From a virus: DNA of 43,907 nucleotides. The position numbers were made by a program, and so were the translations under genes. Positions 42,805-43,907 of this stretch are shown here, in pieces (the stretch's first letter is position 1; every line of letters starts with the position of its first letter). The notes under the pieces were generated by a model. It was not told the DNA's origin. It made no database searches and saw only the letters and a program-made list of their open reading frames with translations. The DNA lies in the IMG/VR virus record IMGVR_UViG_3300045988_014027, positions 1 through 43,907 of that record. One strand, 5' to 3'.

Positions 42805-43875
42805 ATGGCATCATACAGAAAACGCCCAAACGGGTGGGAATACCGCATAAATTACTACGATTCTACTGGCAAACGAAAGCCAAAGTCAAAGGGTGGTTTT
42901 AGGACGAAATCTGAAGCTATTAAGGCTGCTGCTGAAATGGAGTTAAAGCTACAAGATACCGTCAATGTTGATGAAAACATTACATTCCTTGCCTATTTTA
43001 AGCAATGGTGCGAGGTCTACAAACGCCCGAATGTGTCAGACTTAACATTCAATCTGTATGTCGTTACTCAAAAACAGATAGCGTCATTTTTCGGTGACAA
43101 GAAACTAAAAGATATAACTGCCACCGAGTATCAGCGTGTACTGAATCAATACGCTGAGACACACGCTCACACGACTGTCAAACGGTTCCATACTCAAATC
43201 AAGGCTTGTGTTGAAATGGCTGTCCATGAAGGCTATATCAAGCGTAATTTCTGCAAGTTTGCCAAAATCAACGCTAAAGTTAAAAACCGTGATATTCAAT
43301 CAAAATTCCTAGAAGTTGAGGAATACGAGCGATTGATCTATGAGACCAGAAAACACCCAGATAATACCGCTTATGCCGTGCTCTATATGATTGCTAAGAC
43401 TGGTATGCGATTTGCTGAATGTCTCGGTTTGACCGTGGATGATATCGATTATGAGAACGGCACGCTGTCAGTCAATAAAACATGGGATTATAAAAATAAC
43501 ACTGGTTTCATGCCTACAAAAACAAAAAGCAGTATCCGACAGATACCACTTGATGATGAATTTTTGGATTTTGTTAAACAACTAACACCGCAACCAGATG
43601 GCAGATTACTGCCAAGAATGTTTAACAATGCCGTCAATAGAACACTACGCAAAATAGTTGGGCGTGAGGTGCGTGTCCACTCGTTAAGACACACTTATGC
43701 CAGTTATTTAATCTCACACGATATTGACTTAATATCAGTATCGCAAGTTTTGGGGCATGAAAATCTAAACATCACACTGGAAGTGTACGCCCACCAACTC
43801 CAAGAGCAGAAATCACGAAACCACGAAAAGATTAAGCAAATGTGGACAGAATGTGGACAAAAAGCTTTGAAGTAG
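42805..43875 (+). CDS. int: Tyrosine recombinase / phage integrase
   Basis: 356 aa. Catalytic signature R (GMRFAE), HSLRHTYAS, LGHENLNITLEVYAH. The last 23 nt lie inside the terminal repeat. Confidence 0.9.
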   Translation: MASYRKRPNGWEYRINYYDSTGKRKPKSKGGFRTKSEAIKAAAEMELKLQDTVNVDENITFLAYFKQWCEVYKRPNVSDLTFNLYVVTQKQIASFFGDKKLKDITATEYQRVLNQYAETHAHTTVKRFHTQIKACVEMAVHEGYIKRNFCKFAKINAKVKNRDIQSKFLEVEEYERLIYETRKHPDNTAYAVLYMIAKTGMRFAECLGLTVDDIDYENGTLSVNKTWDYKNNTGFMPTKTKSSIRQIPLDDEFLDFVKQLTPQPDGRLLPRMFNNAVNRTLRKIVGREVRVHSLRHTYASYLISHDIDLISVSQVLGHENLNITLEVYAHQLQEQKSRNHEKIKQMWTECGQKALK

Positions 43876-43907
43876 CGATTTTACGGGCAATTACATAGTC
43901 TATCATA
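43853..43907. repeat. Right copy of the exact 55-nt terminal direct repeat
   Basis: Identical to nt 1-55. The repeat runs exactly to both window edges. Confidence 0.95.

Larger units (their letters stand above)
1..43907. mobile_element. Complete temperate siphovirus genome (prophage or circular phage) with lysogeny, early/replication, packaging, head, tail and lysis modules
   Basis: Uninterrupted phage gene order from integrase to endolysin. No host genes. The two ends are identical over 55 nt. Confidence 0.9.

Overview
The window is one complete temperate siphovirus genome of the Streptococcus type (AT-rich, Bacillota-style GGAGG ribosome-binding sites). The first 55 nt (1-55) are identical to the last 55 nt (43853-43907), so the unique sequence is 43,852 bp. 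This is either a circular-assembly overlap or an att core.

Almost all genes are on the minus strand, so the phage map reads right to left:
- Lysogeny module on the plus strand: XRE repressor, signal-anchored protein, tyrosine integrase (41879-43875).
- Divergent cro-type switch (41727-41878).
- Early genes: DUF3102-like, ORF6C-like, Xis-like HTH.
- An LPXTG cell-wall-anchored adhesin embedded in the early operon (36984-38705).
- Sfi11-type replication module: Gp157, RuvC-like resolvase, helicase, AAA ATPase, DUF669-like, Prim-Pol, VirE-like.
- Iteron-rich origin candidate (30480-30820).
- Small early genes: DUF1642-like, MazG-like, YopX.
- Late regulator, then HNH, TerS (P27 family) and TerL with a GC-rich cos candidate.
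- HK97-type head genes: portal, ClpP protease, capsid.
- Tail genes, including a G/GT -1 frameshift, a tape measure carrying CHAP and SLT domains, Dit, and a collagen-repeat Tal.
- Lysis genes: phiLC3-type holin and a CHAP+GH25 endolysin.

The most interesting accessory content:
1. A two-gene cassette of unrecognised proteins after the endolysin. It has a perfect TTGACA-17-TATAAT promoter and flanking terminators.
2. Two tandem promoter-plus-terminator mini-units (small RNA candidates) just upstream of that cassette.
3. The phage-borne MSCRAMM-like LPXTG adhesin and its 540-bp structured upstream region.
4. A plus-strand membrane-protein gene inside the minus-strand early operon, whose 3' end overlaps a convergent 44-aa hydrophobic ORF.

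I saw no rRNA gene, complete tRNA gene, CRISPR array or transposase. All family names come from reading motifs in the translations. No searches were run.
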